This document shows positions 11,171-25,428 of a stretch of DNA of 64,000 nucleotides, piece by piece (position 1 is the first letter of the stretch; each line of letters starts with the position of its first letter). The DNA is taken from contig NC_058383.1 in assembly GCF_018350175.1 (NCBI RefSeq), positions 18,664,001 through 18,728,000 of the forward strand, in the 5' to 3' direction. A program made the position numbers and the translations under genes. The DNA comes from Felis catus (Eukaryota). The notes under the pieces were generated by a model that was given only the letters and a program-made list of their open reading frames with translations, was not told where the DNA came from and made no database searches.

Positions 11171-12999
11171 TGGGGGATAATTATGAGTCTATTGCAGAAG
11201 GAGAAGAGATACTGAAGTGCGTGCTTTGTAAATGCTTATCAGAAGTGTGGGCCGTGGGTAACATTTGTCAGAGACAACATTATTGACTGCTTCTGTGCTG
11301 GTGTTTTATGTGCCTCATTTCATTTAGTCCTTTTAGAATAATTCTGTTATTTCCATCTTATAGAAGGGGAAACAGGGCCAAAACAGGTTAAGTGAGATCC
11401 CATAACTAGGAAGTGAGGGAAACAGATGCACAACAAGGTAAACTGATTGCGTGAGCCTGGCTTTTAACCATTGTACTTAGTGCTAATTATGTTTCTGGAA
11501 TGCGCAGCATAGAGGGTAGGGCTAAAGACTGAACTATCAGGATAGGAGTGATAGATGAAGGGGAAGCCAGAGAGAGGAGTGGCCCCAGAGGTGGAACCAG
11601 GGAGGAGAGGCAACGGAAAGGCTGAAGAGCCTATGCATCTCTGGGCTATGCTGCCTTGTGCTGAATGTGGTCGCTTTAGCATTCCTTAGCAAAAGGTGGA
11701 GCCATTCATTACATGCTTGGTTCCAAGGGGTACTTTCATCTTCTAGTCTATGAGTGGTAACCATCAAACATTGTTGTCAAAGCCTTTTCTATCCAGGGCT
11801 TGATGATTTCAGCTTTGCAAGCCACATATGACCTGTCACATACAGCCTTGCTGCTTTTTAGCAACTCTTTAGAATTTAAAATCCATCCTTGGCTGGTTGT
11901 ACAAAAAGAATCCACAGACTACGTTTGCCCCAATCACTGCCCTAGATACAAAGTGATTGGTGCCCCCTAGAATTGTATGACAGAGCATGACTGACTGAGG
12001 CCTATAAAATGTTGCGCATTGTTTTACCTCAGCTCTGGCATTTGGAGAGAAGAAAAAGAAATGACCTCTCCCAAAGCACACCCTTCAGTTTCTGTGAAAA
12101 ACTCAAATCCACAAGTTTTTCTCAAAAGAAAATTTTCAAAGTGTTTTTTAAAAATACCTGAAGCAGTAGCTTTTTGTAAGCAAAACAGAACATTTCATAT
12201 TTACAAAGAATTTCCAAAAAAAATTATTTTCAATGTTTATTTTTGAGAGAGAGAGATCATGGGATTGTGAGTGGGGGAGGGGCAGAGAGACGGAGACGCA
12301 GAATCCGAAGCAGGCTCCAGGCTCTGAGGTGTCAGCACAGAGCCCGATGTGGGGCTTGAACCCACGAACCGTGAGATCATGACCTGAACCCAAGTCAGAC
12401 GCTCAGCCAACTGAGCCACCCAGGCCTCCAAGATTTATAAATAATTTTCAAAAGAAACCTAATTGAATTTGAGCACTTCAGATGAAATATAGCAGTTTTT
12501 GTAAAAAAAAAAAAAAAAAAAAAAGCCTCAGAGGCACAAAATCTTGAAAGTATCTTCCCAGCCATGTTTAAATACATTTAATTGAAAAAAGATAGTGTTT
12601 GGAAAACAGACTCTGAAGTAACTTCCCAACAGGAGTTTGACCAGTAATTAATATCTGAAGTCTAGTAATTATTGTATAAATGAGCTCAAGATTCAAAAGT
12701 TCACAAAACTGATCTCTCAAGGTCACTTAATTGTACAAATCACGCCATTAACAGTAGTCTTTTAGGAAAACAAGATCAGATTCAGGAGTTTTCAAAACTA
12801 ACTTCCAAGGAGTTTGAACAGATTTAGAGGATAGAAAATTTCTGTGTTGAACTTGGAAAAATCATCTCAAAAACATGTTCAAATCTGGATAGAGTAAAAA
12901 TGAAGCCATTTTTGAATATTAAACCCAGTTTCATAGATTCACAAAACTAACTTTGTATATGAACTTAAGCACATGGAGCTGGAGAAAGTGAGATGAAGT

Positions 13000-15900
13000 T
13001 CATGCATTCTCCACCGTTCCCCCCAACATCAGTTTGAGCAGAGTTAGATGGAAAACAACAGTATAGACTTGTGAAATTGTGTGAAAGCACAGGCTCCTGA
13101 GTTCTCCAAAGTTTGCTTCCCAGCTTCTGATGCTAGTCAAGAGCTAAACCCGCTAGACCCAATCTCCCACTGATTACAACTAAAAATGGGGAAAAAAATA
13201 CAAAAAGAGTTACTTAAGGACTCTAAAAGATAAAAGCAGGCGAATCGGGGAGGAGAGTCAAAACTTAAGTAGTGCATACAGAGGTGAATTTCCTGGTGTT
13301 TTCCCTTTTCCGTGGCTTTTGCCTCTGAGCTCAGGCTACAGAAACCCCAAAGGGACCCATCTTAGCTGTGGCCACAGAACCAGGAAAAGGCAACCTGTGA
13401 CTAGAAAACATAACAAAATCCCATTTTTTCTTTTTTCCTTCCTCTGGCCTTCCCACAAGCACAAATAAAAGTTGCAAGGCTGTGGCAGTTTGGCTCTGGT
13501 AGCTAAAACTTCTAAGGTAGAGGAACCAGGAAAAGGGGACAGTGGTCCCATTTTCTTCTTCCTTTTTTTTTTTTTTTTTTTTAACGTTTATTCATTTTTG
13601 AGAGAGAGGGAGAGAGTGTGAGCGGCAGAGGGGCAGAGAGAGAGGGAGACACAGAATTCGAAGGAGGCTCCAGGCTCTGAGCTGTCGGCACAGAACCTGA
13701 TGTGGGGCTCAAACTCACAAATCGTGAGATCATGACCTGAGCCGAAGTAAGATGCTTAACCGACTGAGCCGCCCAGGCACCCCCATTTTATTCTTCTCTT
13801 CCTGTTTTGGCCTAAAGGTGCCCCTGTCATCTGTAGTAGTGGCACCAGCAGTTAAAACTTCGAAAGAACCCTGCCTTTCTGACTGAGATTCAGTTGCCTG
13901 CTAAAAATTCATGAGGGGATTTTAACAGAATCTAGTCTCACAACATAATAAAAAATGTTCTGGATACAATCTAGAATTATTCATCATATGACCAGTTTTC
14001 AAGGGAAAAGGCTGTTGACAGATGCCAACCGATAACAGAACCTGTAAAGCACCTACTGTAACATTATTGCATGAAACAAACTTTCAGTGAACGAAAAGGT
14101 AGATCTTCATATATCATCTGTAAAATACAAGCAAATGAAATTCAACAGCTTATTACAAGGATTCTGCACCATGACCAAATGCATTTATTGCAGAAATGCA
14201 AGAAGGGTGATTCAACATAAGGAAATCTGTGTAGAGGGGCCTGGGTGGCTCAGTCTATTGAGCGTGTAACTTCAGCTCAGGTTATGATCTCACAGTTCGT
14301 GGGTTTGAGGCCCCGGATCAGGCTCTGTGCTGACAACTCAGAGCCTGGGCCTGCTTAGGATTCTGTCTCCCACTTTCTGCCCCTCCCCCACTCATGTGAG
14401 TTGTGCGCGCGCGCTCTCTCTCAAAAACATTAAGTTTTAAAAAACGTGTAATATACCACATTAATAGAACAAAGGAAAAATTCGTCAGCTCAATTGATGC
14501 AGAAAAGGCATTTGACAAAACCAAGTGCCCTCTCATGATAAAATACTGGAAAAGTAGGAACAAAAGGAACTTCCTTGATATTGATAAGGGCATTTGTGAA
14601 AACCTGACGGCTAACGTGCTTAGTGATGAAAAACAAAGTACCCCCCCTCCCCCAAGATCAGGAAAAAGACAAGGAAGTTCTCTTTCAACATAGTACTAAA
14701 AGTTTGAGCCAAAGTAGTTGGACAAGAAAAAGAAATAAAAGGCATCCAGTCTTGAAAGGCAGAAAGAAATAAAATCTCTGTTCACAGACATGATCCTGTA
14801 TATAGAAAAACCCAAAGACTCCATACGAGAGCTACTAGAACAGACATTCAGTCAAATTACGGAATACAAATTGTTCATGCATCATCGGACACTATCAGGA
14901 TGAAAGGCAGTCCACAGAGTGGGAGAAAATATTTGCAAATTCTGCTTGATAAAGAGTTAATACCTAGAATTTATGAAGAACTAAAACCCAACAACAAAAC
15001 TTGATTTTAGAATGGTCAAAGGAACTTGAAGACATTTCCCAAAGATACCCAAATGACCAACAGGCACATGAAACATTAACCATTAAGGTAGTGCACATCG
15101 AAACCACAATGAGATACCACTTAACACCCATTAGTATGGCTATTATGAAATAGAAAATAAATGTTGATGAGGATGTGGGGAGATTGAAATCCTTGTACAT
15201 TGCTGGTAGGAGTGTAAAATGGTGTGGCTGCTGTGGATAACTTGGTGGTTCCTCCAAAAGCTAAACAGAATTAGCATGTTACCCATCGGTTCCATTTGTT
15301 ACATACCCAGAAGAACTGAAAACAGGAACTTAAACACAGGGACAGAAGGTACCACGTGGAGAATGTAGTCAGTGGTATCATAAGAGTGTTGTATGGTGAC
15401 AGATGTAGCTACGCGTGTGAGCACAGCATAACTGTGTTGAGTTATGGAATCGTTGTGTTGTACATCTGAAGCTAACATAGCATTGTATGTCAACTACACT
15501 TCAATAATAAAAAGAAAACAGGGACTTAAGCTGATACCTGTACACCAGTGTTGATTGCAGCCTTGTTCACAAGAGCCAAAAGATGGAAGCAACCCAAGTG
15601 TCCATCAGCAGAGAAATGGATAGACAAACTGATGTAACATGAAATGCAATACTGGTTAGCCTTAAAAAGGAATAAGGTTCTGATAGATTCTACAACATGG
15701 ATAGAACATGGTAAATGAGCCAGACAAAGGAGCGTATACATTGAATGATTCTACTTCTCTGAGGCATCTGAAATGGGCAAGTTCACAGAGGCAGAAAGTG
15801 GAATGGAGATTACCAGAGGCTGGGGCACAGGGAAATGGAAAGTCATTTCTCGTGGTTACACAGTTTCAGTTTTAGGTAAAGAAGTTTGGGAAGTAGATTG

Positions 15901-18750
15901 TAATGGTTCTGCAACATTGTGGGCGTACTTAAATACCACTGAGTTGTGTATGTAAAAATGGTTAAAAATTACCACTGTGCACCGGTTTGAATTACCAAAA
16001 CCCGGAACAGACACCACCAAATGCTGGCAAGGGTGTAGATCAACAGGAAATCTTACTCATTGATGGTGGGAATGCAAAATAGTACAACCACTTTGAGAGA
16101 CACTTGGGTGGTTTCTCACAAAACTAAACGTACTCTTACCATGCCAGCCAGCAGTCATACTCCTTGGTATTTACCCAAAAGAGTTGAAAATTTACATCTA
16201 CACAAAAACTTGCACTTGGATGTTTATAGTAACTTTATTTGTAACTGCCAAAACATGGAGACCACCATGTCCTTTGTAAGGTGAATGGATAAATAGACTG
16301 GTATATCCAGACCCTGGAGTAGTATTCAGTGCTAAAATCACCAAGCCATGGAAAGACATGGAGGAGGGGTGCCCTGGGTGGCTCAGTCCATTGAGTGTCT
16401 GACTCTTAATTTCTTTGGCTCGGGTCATGACCCCAGAGTCATGGGATCAAGCCCCTTGTTGGGCTCTGCACTGGGTGTGAAGCCTGATTAGGGTTCTCTG
16501 TCTCTGTCTCCCTCCCTCCCTCCCTCTCTCTCTCTCTCTGTCTCTCTCTTCCCCCTCTCCCCCACTTTCTCTCCCTCTTTCTCTAAAATAAAATTAAGAA
16601 AAGACCTGGAGGAAACTTAAATGCATTTTCCTAAGTGGAAGAGGCCAGTCTGAAAAGGCTGCATGTTGTTTGATCCCAACTGTTTGACAGTTTGTAAAAG
16701 GCAAAACTATGGAGACGGTGAAAAAATCAGTGGTTGCCAAGGATTAGGGAGGAGGGATGCATAGGTGGTGCACAAAGGTATTTTTAGGGCAGTGAAATTA
16801 CTACATGATACTATAATGGATACATGCCATTAAATTTTTGTCCAAACCCATAGAATGTATAACTAGAGTGAACCCCAGTGTAAATTGTGGACCTCGGGTG
16901 ATGATGTATCAATGTAGGTTCATCAGGTATAACAAATACACCATTCTGGTGGGAGACATTGATAATGAGGGAGGCCGTACATAAGTGGGAGCAAGGGGGA
17001 TATATGGGATATCCCTTCTGCACAATTTTGCTGTGAACTTTTAAAAAAGGGTATTTTTTTAATGGTAAATTTCATCTTATGTGTATTATACCACAGTAAA
17101 ATAGAAACTGATCAGAGACCTAACTATAAAAAAAAAACTTATAAAACTATGGAAGAGGGGCACGTGGATGGCTCAGTCGATTGAGCATCCAACTTCAGTT
17201 CAGGTCATGATCTCACAGTTCGTGAATTTGAGCCCACATCAGACTTGCTGCTGTCAGCCTGTCAGCGCAGAGCCCACTTCAGGGCCTCTGTCCCCTCCTT
17301 TCGGCCCCTCCCCCGCTTGTGCTCTCCCCAAAATAAATATTTAAAAAAACAAAATTTTTAAAAATAAAACTATTAGAATCCTGAAGGAAATCTTTGTGGC
17401 CATGAGTTAATTAAGAAAATATTTATTAGATATAATACCAAAAGCATAATTCATAAAAGAGCAAAAAAAAAAAGGTAAATTGGATCTGATCAAAATTGAG
17501 AAATTCTGTTCTTTAAAAGTCACCATTAAGAGAGAATGAGAAGACAAGCTACAGACTGGGAGACATTTGCAAATCACATGTCTGAAAAAAGACTTGTATC
17601 CAGAATATATAGAGAAGTTTAAAAACTCTATAAGGAAACAGCCCAATTTTAAAATGGATAAAAGAGAGGGGTGCCTGGGTACCTCAGTCAGTTAAACATC
17701 TAACTCTTGATCTCAGTTCAGGTCTTTTTTTTTTTTTTTTCAACGTTTATTTATTTTTGGGACAGAGAGAGACAGAGCATGAACGGGGGAGGGGCAGAGA
17801 GAGAGGGAGACACAGAATCGGAAACAGGCTCCAGGCTCTGAGCCGTCAGCCCAGAGCCTGACGCGGGGCTGGAACTCACAGACCGCGAGATCGTGACCTG
17901 GCTGAAGTCGGATGCTTAACCGACTGCGCCACCCAGGCGCCCCAATTCAGGTCTTTTTTTTTTTTTTTAATCTTTATTTGTTTTTGAGGGAGAAGAGTGT
18001 GAGCAGGGGAGGGGCAGAGAGGGAGACACAGAATCCAAAGCAGGCTCCAGGGTCTGAGCTGTTGGCACAGAGCCTGATAGCGGGGCTCGAACCCACGAGC
18101 TGTGAGATCATGACCCAAGCTGAAGTCGACGCTCAACTGACTGAGCCACCTAGGCGCCGCAGTCTTGGTTCAGGTCTTGATCTCAGGGTCGTGAGTTCAA
18201 GCACTGTGTTGGACTCTGCGCTGTTCATGAAGCCTACTTAAAAATAAATGGGTAGGGAAGCAAAAGTAATATAAAAACAGAGGGACAAAACATAAGAGAC
18301 TCTTAATATAGAGAAAAAACAGGATTGCTGGAGGCGGTGTGGGAGGGGGGGATGGGATAAATGGGTAAGGGGATCAAGGAATCTACTCCTGAAATCATTG
18401 TTGCGCCATGTGCTAACTAACTTGGATGTAAATTTTAAAAAATAAATTATAGAAAGAAAAAAATGGGTAAAAGATTTGAACAGACCACCAAAGACGATAC
18501 TACATTAATCGCCAATAAGCACATTAGGAGGAGACTCAGTATCATTAGTTTTAGGGAAATGAAAAAACCACAAGATGCCACACTACACACCTATTAGAAT
18601 GTCTGAAATTAAACAGATTGATATCCTAAGCGCTGGAAAGGATGCGGAGGAACTGGAACTCTCATACGTTGTTGGCAGGAATGTAAAATGGCGTAGCCAG
18701 TCTGGAAAGCAGTCTGACACTTTGTTACAAAGCTAAACATACAGCTACCC
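13000..18750 (+). mobile_element. Cluster of nested old L1 fragments with about 8 CAN-SINEs (13562, 14237, 16368, 17157, 17668, 17725, 17953) and a short carnivore L1 3' end at about 18255-18450
   Basis: L1 ORF2 motifs (IYHINR...SIDAEKAFDK at about 14450-14520), several L1 3' UTRs, SINE heads and tails. Confidence 0.8.
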
Positions 18751-21187
18751 TATGGACAGAGGTCTCAAGAGATTTAAAACGTTGAAGACACCCATGTGTA
18801 ATACTCTCCATGCCTTGTTTGCCTTTCCTGGACTTGTGACAACCCTGTGGATGGGAAGGGCAGAGGTGTGGCAGGGCCAGATCCTGGCTTGGGTTCCCCT
18901 TCTACCACTTCTGCACGTGTGATCGGGGGCAGATTTCTCCCAACCTCTCTGAGCTTCACTTTCTTCAGTACCACGGCAACATCACCGGCACACTGTAAGA
19001 TTTAACAAGAACTATGATAACAGAGCACCAGGGTGGCTCAGTCGGTTGAGTATTGGACTTGGGCTCAGGTCATGATCTCGCGGTTCGTGGGTTCGAGCCC
19101 CAGGTTGCGCTTTGCACTGACGTTGTGGAGCCTGCTTAGGATTCTGTTTCCTTCTCTCTGCCCCTCCCCAACCTCTCAAAAATAAATATTAAAAAAAATT
19201 AACAAGAGCTGTGATAGTACGGTTTATAAAAAAGCCATTTAAGTATGAAGTGTTATGCTACGTTGTCATGAACATCAGGAAGTTTTAACTGCTTGAGGTC
19301 ACACAGCTGATGCAAAAGAAACATGATGTTAGAAATTGAAGGGACTTTCAGGATGTTGTGGTCGTCTTCCCACATCTGCCAGATGAGGACACGAAAACAC
19401 AGCAAGAAAAAGTGATTTTCCCGAGGTATTTTGCCTCCCTGACTCCCACCAGTGTTCTCTCCATGACCTCTCCTCTTTAGTGTAGGAAAGAAACTCAGTC
19501 CCAAGAAGCTCTCTTCATGTTGCCCGTTCTGGATGCCTCTCCTGGACACTGCCACAATTCCTGAACATGGGTTGCCAACCCCCAGAAAACAAACACGATG
19601 AAGTTTCCTAGGCCTGGCCTTGCCACATCTTAGCCTCAGAAACGAATTCTGGAGCCTGAGAAAAAATGGCCACCATATTTGGAATAGGAAGTCCAAACCT
19701 TTGCTCCAAAGACTAGGTCAGGCAGAGGGAAAAGGCTGTGGCCAGTTAAAAGCTAAGAGTTTGGAGGACAAATGTCACGCCCCTGCTGGAGTTCAGTCCA
19801 GGCTCTGGGGCTGCCAGAGGTATGGAGGCTGTTTAGGAAGGGCATGCAGTCTGCAGGTATGGAAGACCCCCCACTAACCTACACATGCATCCTGAGTGAT
19901 AGTTGAGTGGAAAACATTTTTCCCCTGACCTTCAAGTCACTCTTGCTTATTGTAGGAAACATGGAAAATACTAGAAAGTATGGAGACAAATCGCTTGTAA
20001 CTTGCATACATATTCTACTACCCAGAGGTTATAAGCACCGTTAACATTTTGGTGTCTTTTTTCTGGTGTGTGTATTAGTTTATTACCAAATTGGAATAAT
20101 TCTCTTTCCATATATATAGAATATAAGAGAGTGAGTGTGTGTGTGTGTTCACTTTGTATTGCTTTAGTGTTTTGTTCTTCGTGGACATAATATGAACTTT
20201 TTTTTGAGAGAGAGCACAAGCGAGTGGGGGAGGGGCAGAGAGGGGGACAGGATCAGAAGTGGGCTCTGCCCTGACAGCAGTGAGCCAGATGTGGGGCTCG
20301 AACTCACAAACCACGAGATCATGACCTGAGCCAAGGTCAGACGCTCAACCAACTGAGCCACCCAGGTGCCTCCCCCCCCCATTTTTAAAAATTCTAACTA
20401 ATCCTCTGTTTGGGGAGGTAAGAGGGCATAGTAGCCAAAGGACAGGACTTAAGTCATCGGGGTTCAAATTCCAACTCTTTCCCTTATAAGCTACTGCCCT
20501 TGGGCAAATCACTTTCCCTCTTTTTTTTTAAGTTTATTTTGAGAAAGAGAAAGAGCAGGGGAGGGGCAGAGAGAGAGGGAGAGAGAGAATCTCAAGCAGG
20601 CTCTGTACTGTCAGCGCAGAGCTCAGTGTGGAGCTTGGTCCCATGAACCGTAAGATCCATGACCTGAGCCGAAACTCAACCGACTGAGCCATCCAGGCAC
20701 CCCACATCACTTCCCCTCTTAAGCCTCAGCTTCTTCATCTGTACAAGAATCATACCTGTCTATTGGGATCGCTGTGTAATATAAATGAGATGGCATGCCT
20801 TGCATGAGTCCAGTCTAAGGCATAGTGAAGCGTTGGCAGGGACAGTGGTATTTCACACCTTCAGGAGCATCCAGTGCTGAGATAGAGGCCCTCATGGGAA
20901 GGAGGCAATTACGTGGCTATTGCAACCGGCCATTCACATTCATAATCGCTTGTAGAGCCCCTACAGGTGCAAAGTCTCAGCCAGAGGTGCAGTGTAACCC
21001 AACAGTGACCAGGTGGCTCTGTGCCACGGGTTCACAGCCTAAGTAAGCGGGGAGAAGGCAGAGACCTTGTCGTAGAGGCGGGAACCAACCTGCCCTTCTC
21101 AGATCTCACTTTCCTCATCTCTCAGATGAAGAGAATACTTTTCAACATGCAGGAACAAAAACTTCGTGTTCAAAATGTTCCATTAAA

Positions 21188-21605
21188 GATAAAGAAATTG
21201 CGGTTTATATACACAATGGAATACTACGTGGCAATGAGAAAAAATGAAATATGGCCTTTTGTAGCAACGTGGATGGAACTGGAGAGTGTGATGCTAAGTG
21301 AAATAAGCCATACAGAGAAAGACAGATACCATATGGTTTCACTCTTATGTGGATCCTGAGATACTTAACAGAAACCCATGGGGGAGGGGAAGGAAAAAAA
21401 AAAAAAAAGGTTAGAGTGGGAGAGAGCCAAAGCATAAGAGACTTAAAAACTGAGAACAAACTGAGGGTTGATGGGGGGTGGGAGGGAGGGGAGGGTGGGT
21501 GATGGGTATTGAGGAGGGTACCTTTTGGGATGAGCACTGGGTGTTGTATGGAAACCAATTTGACAATAAATTTCATATATTAAAAAATAAAATTTCTTAG
21601 AAAAA
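21188..21605 (+). mobile_element. Young 5'-truncated felid L1 (ORF2 end plus 3' UTR)
   Basis: Encodes ...[49 protein letters not shown]; perfect 17-bp TSD caaaatgttccattaaa at 21171-21187 and 21606-21622. Confidence 0.93.
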
Positions 21606-23944
21606 CAAAATGTTCCATTAAACTGATCAAAATTTTTTTTTTTTTTACTTTACAAGAAATTGAGATGAAAAACATCAAGTAGCCATTTAAAGCAAGAATT
21701 CAGTGGCATTTAGTATATTCACAATGTGAATCTGTATCTAGTTTTAAAATGCTGCCATCGTACCAAAGTAAAGTCCCTTATCCGTTAAACAGTTTCTCAC
21801 CATATTTCCTACCCTCCCCACCCCCAACCCTGCAGTCTGTCCTTATTCTGTCTTTATGGATTTATCTCTTCTGGATCCTTCATATCCCTTTGTGACTGGC
21901 TTCTTTTGCTTCACGTATTTTGGAGGTTCATCCACATAGCGTGTGCCAGGACTGCATTCCTTTTTGTGGCTGAATAATATTCCATTTATTACAAATATTC
22001 CAGAACTCATTTATCCATTTATTCACTGATAAACATTTGGGCTGTTTCCACCTTATATTATCTAATTTTTAGCATTATCTCTTTTTATCCTCACCAAAAT
22101 CCATTTTTTTAATGTTTATTGTTGAGAGAGAGACTGAATGGGGCAGGGGCCGAGAGAGAGGGGGACAGAGGATCTGAAACAGGCTCTGCGCTGACAGCAA
22201 TGAGCCCAATGGGGGCTTGAACTCATGAACCACGAGATCATGACCTGAGCCAAAGTCAGATGCTCAACCCACTGAGCCACTCAGGCACCCCAAAAGCCAT
22301 TTTTTAAAGGGAAACCAAGGCTCAAGAAGGTCACGTGACTTGCCCAGGGTTCCCCAGGGATCTAGAGAGGGAGCCAGATGGGCTGAGACCCAGGACTGGC
22401 CTCTGCACTTCATTATCCTGTCATGGCAAGGTCTGAGTTTTTGATGAACCGATGAAAGTGTGGCCTGGGTAATGAGGGACATTTGACCAAGGAAGGTTTT
22501 CTGGAGTGTGTGGCATCTGAACTACACTCCCTTTGAGGGAGAGATAGAACCCCTCCCTCCAGGTCTGCTGAGCCCCTGTACTCCAGGTCCCCAGGCCAGC
22601 AGGTGGCGTGGATCAGCAAGAGGTACACACATGAGTTTTGTTGACCTCTAGAGAGGAGTCACTGGATCTTTCTAGGGAGAGTTCTGACCTGGCTACTGGA
22701 ATTTCTGCTCTGAGTCACATATAAGAAACCTTGTTTCCTTGAGACCTGAGGTAACCACCTTTGGGATTGGTGTTTCACTTCCCAGTCAGTGTCTTAGTGG
22801 AGTCAGGGGAGAGACATTCCTTTATCCTGGTCTAGGGATCACAACTCAGTGCCCACTGGGACCATTCATGAGGAAGTAATGCAACAGAACAAGATAAATG
22901 AGAAAGGGCAACTGATGTGTTGACGGAGAACGTGACAAACTGGAGAGTGTATGCCCTGTCTCAGGAGTCAGCCCCTCAGCATAGGTCTGGTGTTGCCAGA
23001 GCTGGTTTTTTCAAGGGAAGCAGAAATCTAGATTTTATTGTGACATCTTCTGATCGCAATATGTTGGATTTTTATAAAGCATTTTGCTGATGAATAAATT
23101 TTGTAGGACAAACAAAACATCCGTTGGCTAGTTTGGTTCTGGGGCTCTTGGTCTGTGAATTCTGCTCCCATCATGTAGTTACTGTCAAGCATTCAACCAC
23201 AATTTATCGAGGCTTTCATGTAGGTCTTTGTGGAAGGAAGGCACTGGGGAGAAATTCAGTGAATGTAATTCATTTAAATATGGACTGTGCACTGTCTCTG
23301 TGTTAGTCCCTGATCTGGGCCCTCTGGACACGTATGAACAAGGACTTTATGCTCAAGAGACCAGGGGAAGCAAGGGCCACCTCTGTGCTCTAGAGAACAT
23401 ACCTGCAGTCAGAATATGTGAGAAAGAGACTTCCAGGACAATCCAGATGATCCCCTCTTTGGGACTCTGGATGCCTTCAGATCCAACCACCAGGCGCCAA
23501 TTCCCCTCAAGTTTGAGGGCATAAAAGGGCATATTTTGTTGCCTTTGAGAAATCCTTGAGCTAGTTTCTGTTCTCATCCTGCAGGCCATCTTTATTTTTC
23601 CAGGAGGTGGTATTCTCTCACAGAGTCCAAGGCCCACTCTTCTAAAAGCAGCAAAAGGCCATATGACAGCAGCTTCTGCTTTAACCAATCCATTCTGCCC
23701 TCACAGCCCTTCTCAGTCTTCCCCACCAGCAAGGCCTCACATTCTCCACACTCTAAAAACAGAATCCCCTGAGAAGCTTTAACAACATACTGGTAGGGGT
23801 GCCTAGCCGGGCCAGCCAGTAGAGTATGTGACTCTTGATCTCAGGGCCGTTAGTTCAAGCCCCACGTTGGGCATGGAGCCTATGAGAGAAAAATAAAAAG
23901 GAAAGAAAAAGAAAAAAAAAAAAAGAGGAAGAAAGAAGACAAAA

Positions 23945-25346
23945 AAACAGACACTCAGGTCAGTGGAACAGAATAGAGAACCCAGAAATGGACCCACAAA
24001 TGTATGGCCAACTAATCTTTGACCAAGCAGGAGAGAATATCCAGTGAAATAAAGACAGTCTCTTCAGCAAATGGTGCTGGGAAAACTGAACAGTGACATG
24101 CAGAAAAATGAACCTGGACCACTTTCTTACACCAGACACAAAAATAAACTCAAAATGGATGAAAGACCTAAATGTAAGACAGGAAGCCACCAAAATCCTA
24201 GAGGAGAAGCAGGCAAAAAACCTCTTTGACTTTGGCTTCAGCATCTTCTTATTCAAAGTGTCTCCAGAGGCAAGGGAAACAAAAGCAAAAATGAACTATT
24301 GGGACCTCATCAAGATAAAAAGCTTCTGCACAGTGAAGGAAACAATAGGCAAAACTAAAAGACAACCAACAGAATGGGAGAATATATTTGCAAATGACAT
24401 ACCAGATAAAGGGTTAGTATCCAAAATCTATAAAGAACTTATGAAACTCAACACCCAAGAAACAATCTATTGAAGAAATGGGAAAAAGACATGAATAGAC
24501 ACTTTTCCAAAGACATCCAGATGGCTAACAGACACATGAAAAAATGCTCAACATCACTCATCATCAGGGAAATACAAACCAAAACCACAATGAGATACCA
24601 CCTCACACCTGTCAGAATGGCTAACAATAACAACTCAGGCAACAACAGATGTTGGCAAGGATGTGGAGAAAGAGGATCTCTTTTGCATTGTTGGTGGGAA
24701 TGCAAGCTGGTGCAGCCACTCTGGGAAACAGTATGGAGGTTCCTCAAAAAATTAAAACTAGAACTACCCTATGACCCAGCCATTGCACTATTAGGTATTT
24801 ATCCAAGGGATAGAGGTGTGCTGTTTCGAAGGGGCACATGCATCCCGATGTTTATAGCAGCGCTATCAACAATAGCCAAAGTATGGAAAGAGCCCAAATG
24901 TCCATCAATGGATGAATGGATAAAGAAGATGTGGTATATATACAATGGAGCATTACTCAGCAATCAAAAAGAATGAAATCTTGCCATTTGCAACTACATG
25001 GATGGAACTAGAGGGTATTATGCTAAGCAAAATTAGTCAGAGAAAGACAAATATCATATGACTTCACTCATATGAGGACTTTAAGATACAAAAAAGATGA
25101 ACATAAGGGAAGGGAAGCAGAAATAATATAAAAACAAGGAGGGGGACAAAACATAAGAGACTTTTACAGAGAACAAACTGTGAGTTGCTGGAGGGGCTGT
25201 GGGTGGGGAGATGGGCTAAATGGGTAAGAGGCATTAAGGAAGACACTTGTTGGGATGAGCACTGGGTGTTATCCATAGGGGATGAATTACTGGAATCTAC
25301 TGCTGAAGTCATTATTGCACTATATGCTAACTAACTTGGATGTAAA

Positions 25347-25395
<49 letters not shown>

Positions 25396-25396
25396 G

Positions 25397-25428
<32 letters not shown>

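Noticed and set aside
19253..19696. 147-aa minus-strand ORF
   Set aside because: Non-ATG start, partly MIR-like, no recognisable domain; the + strand exon-like reading is reported instead
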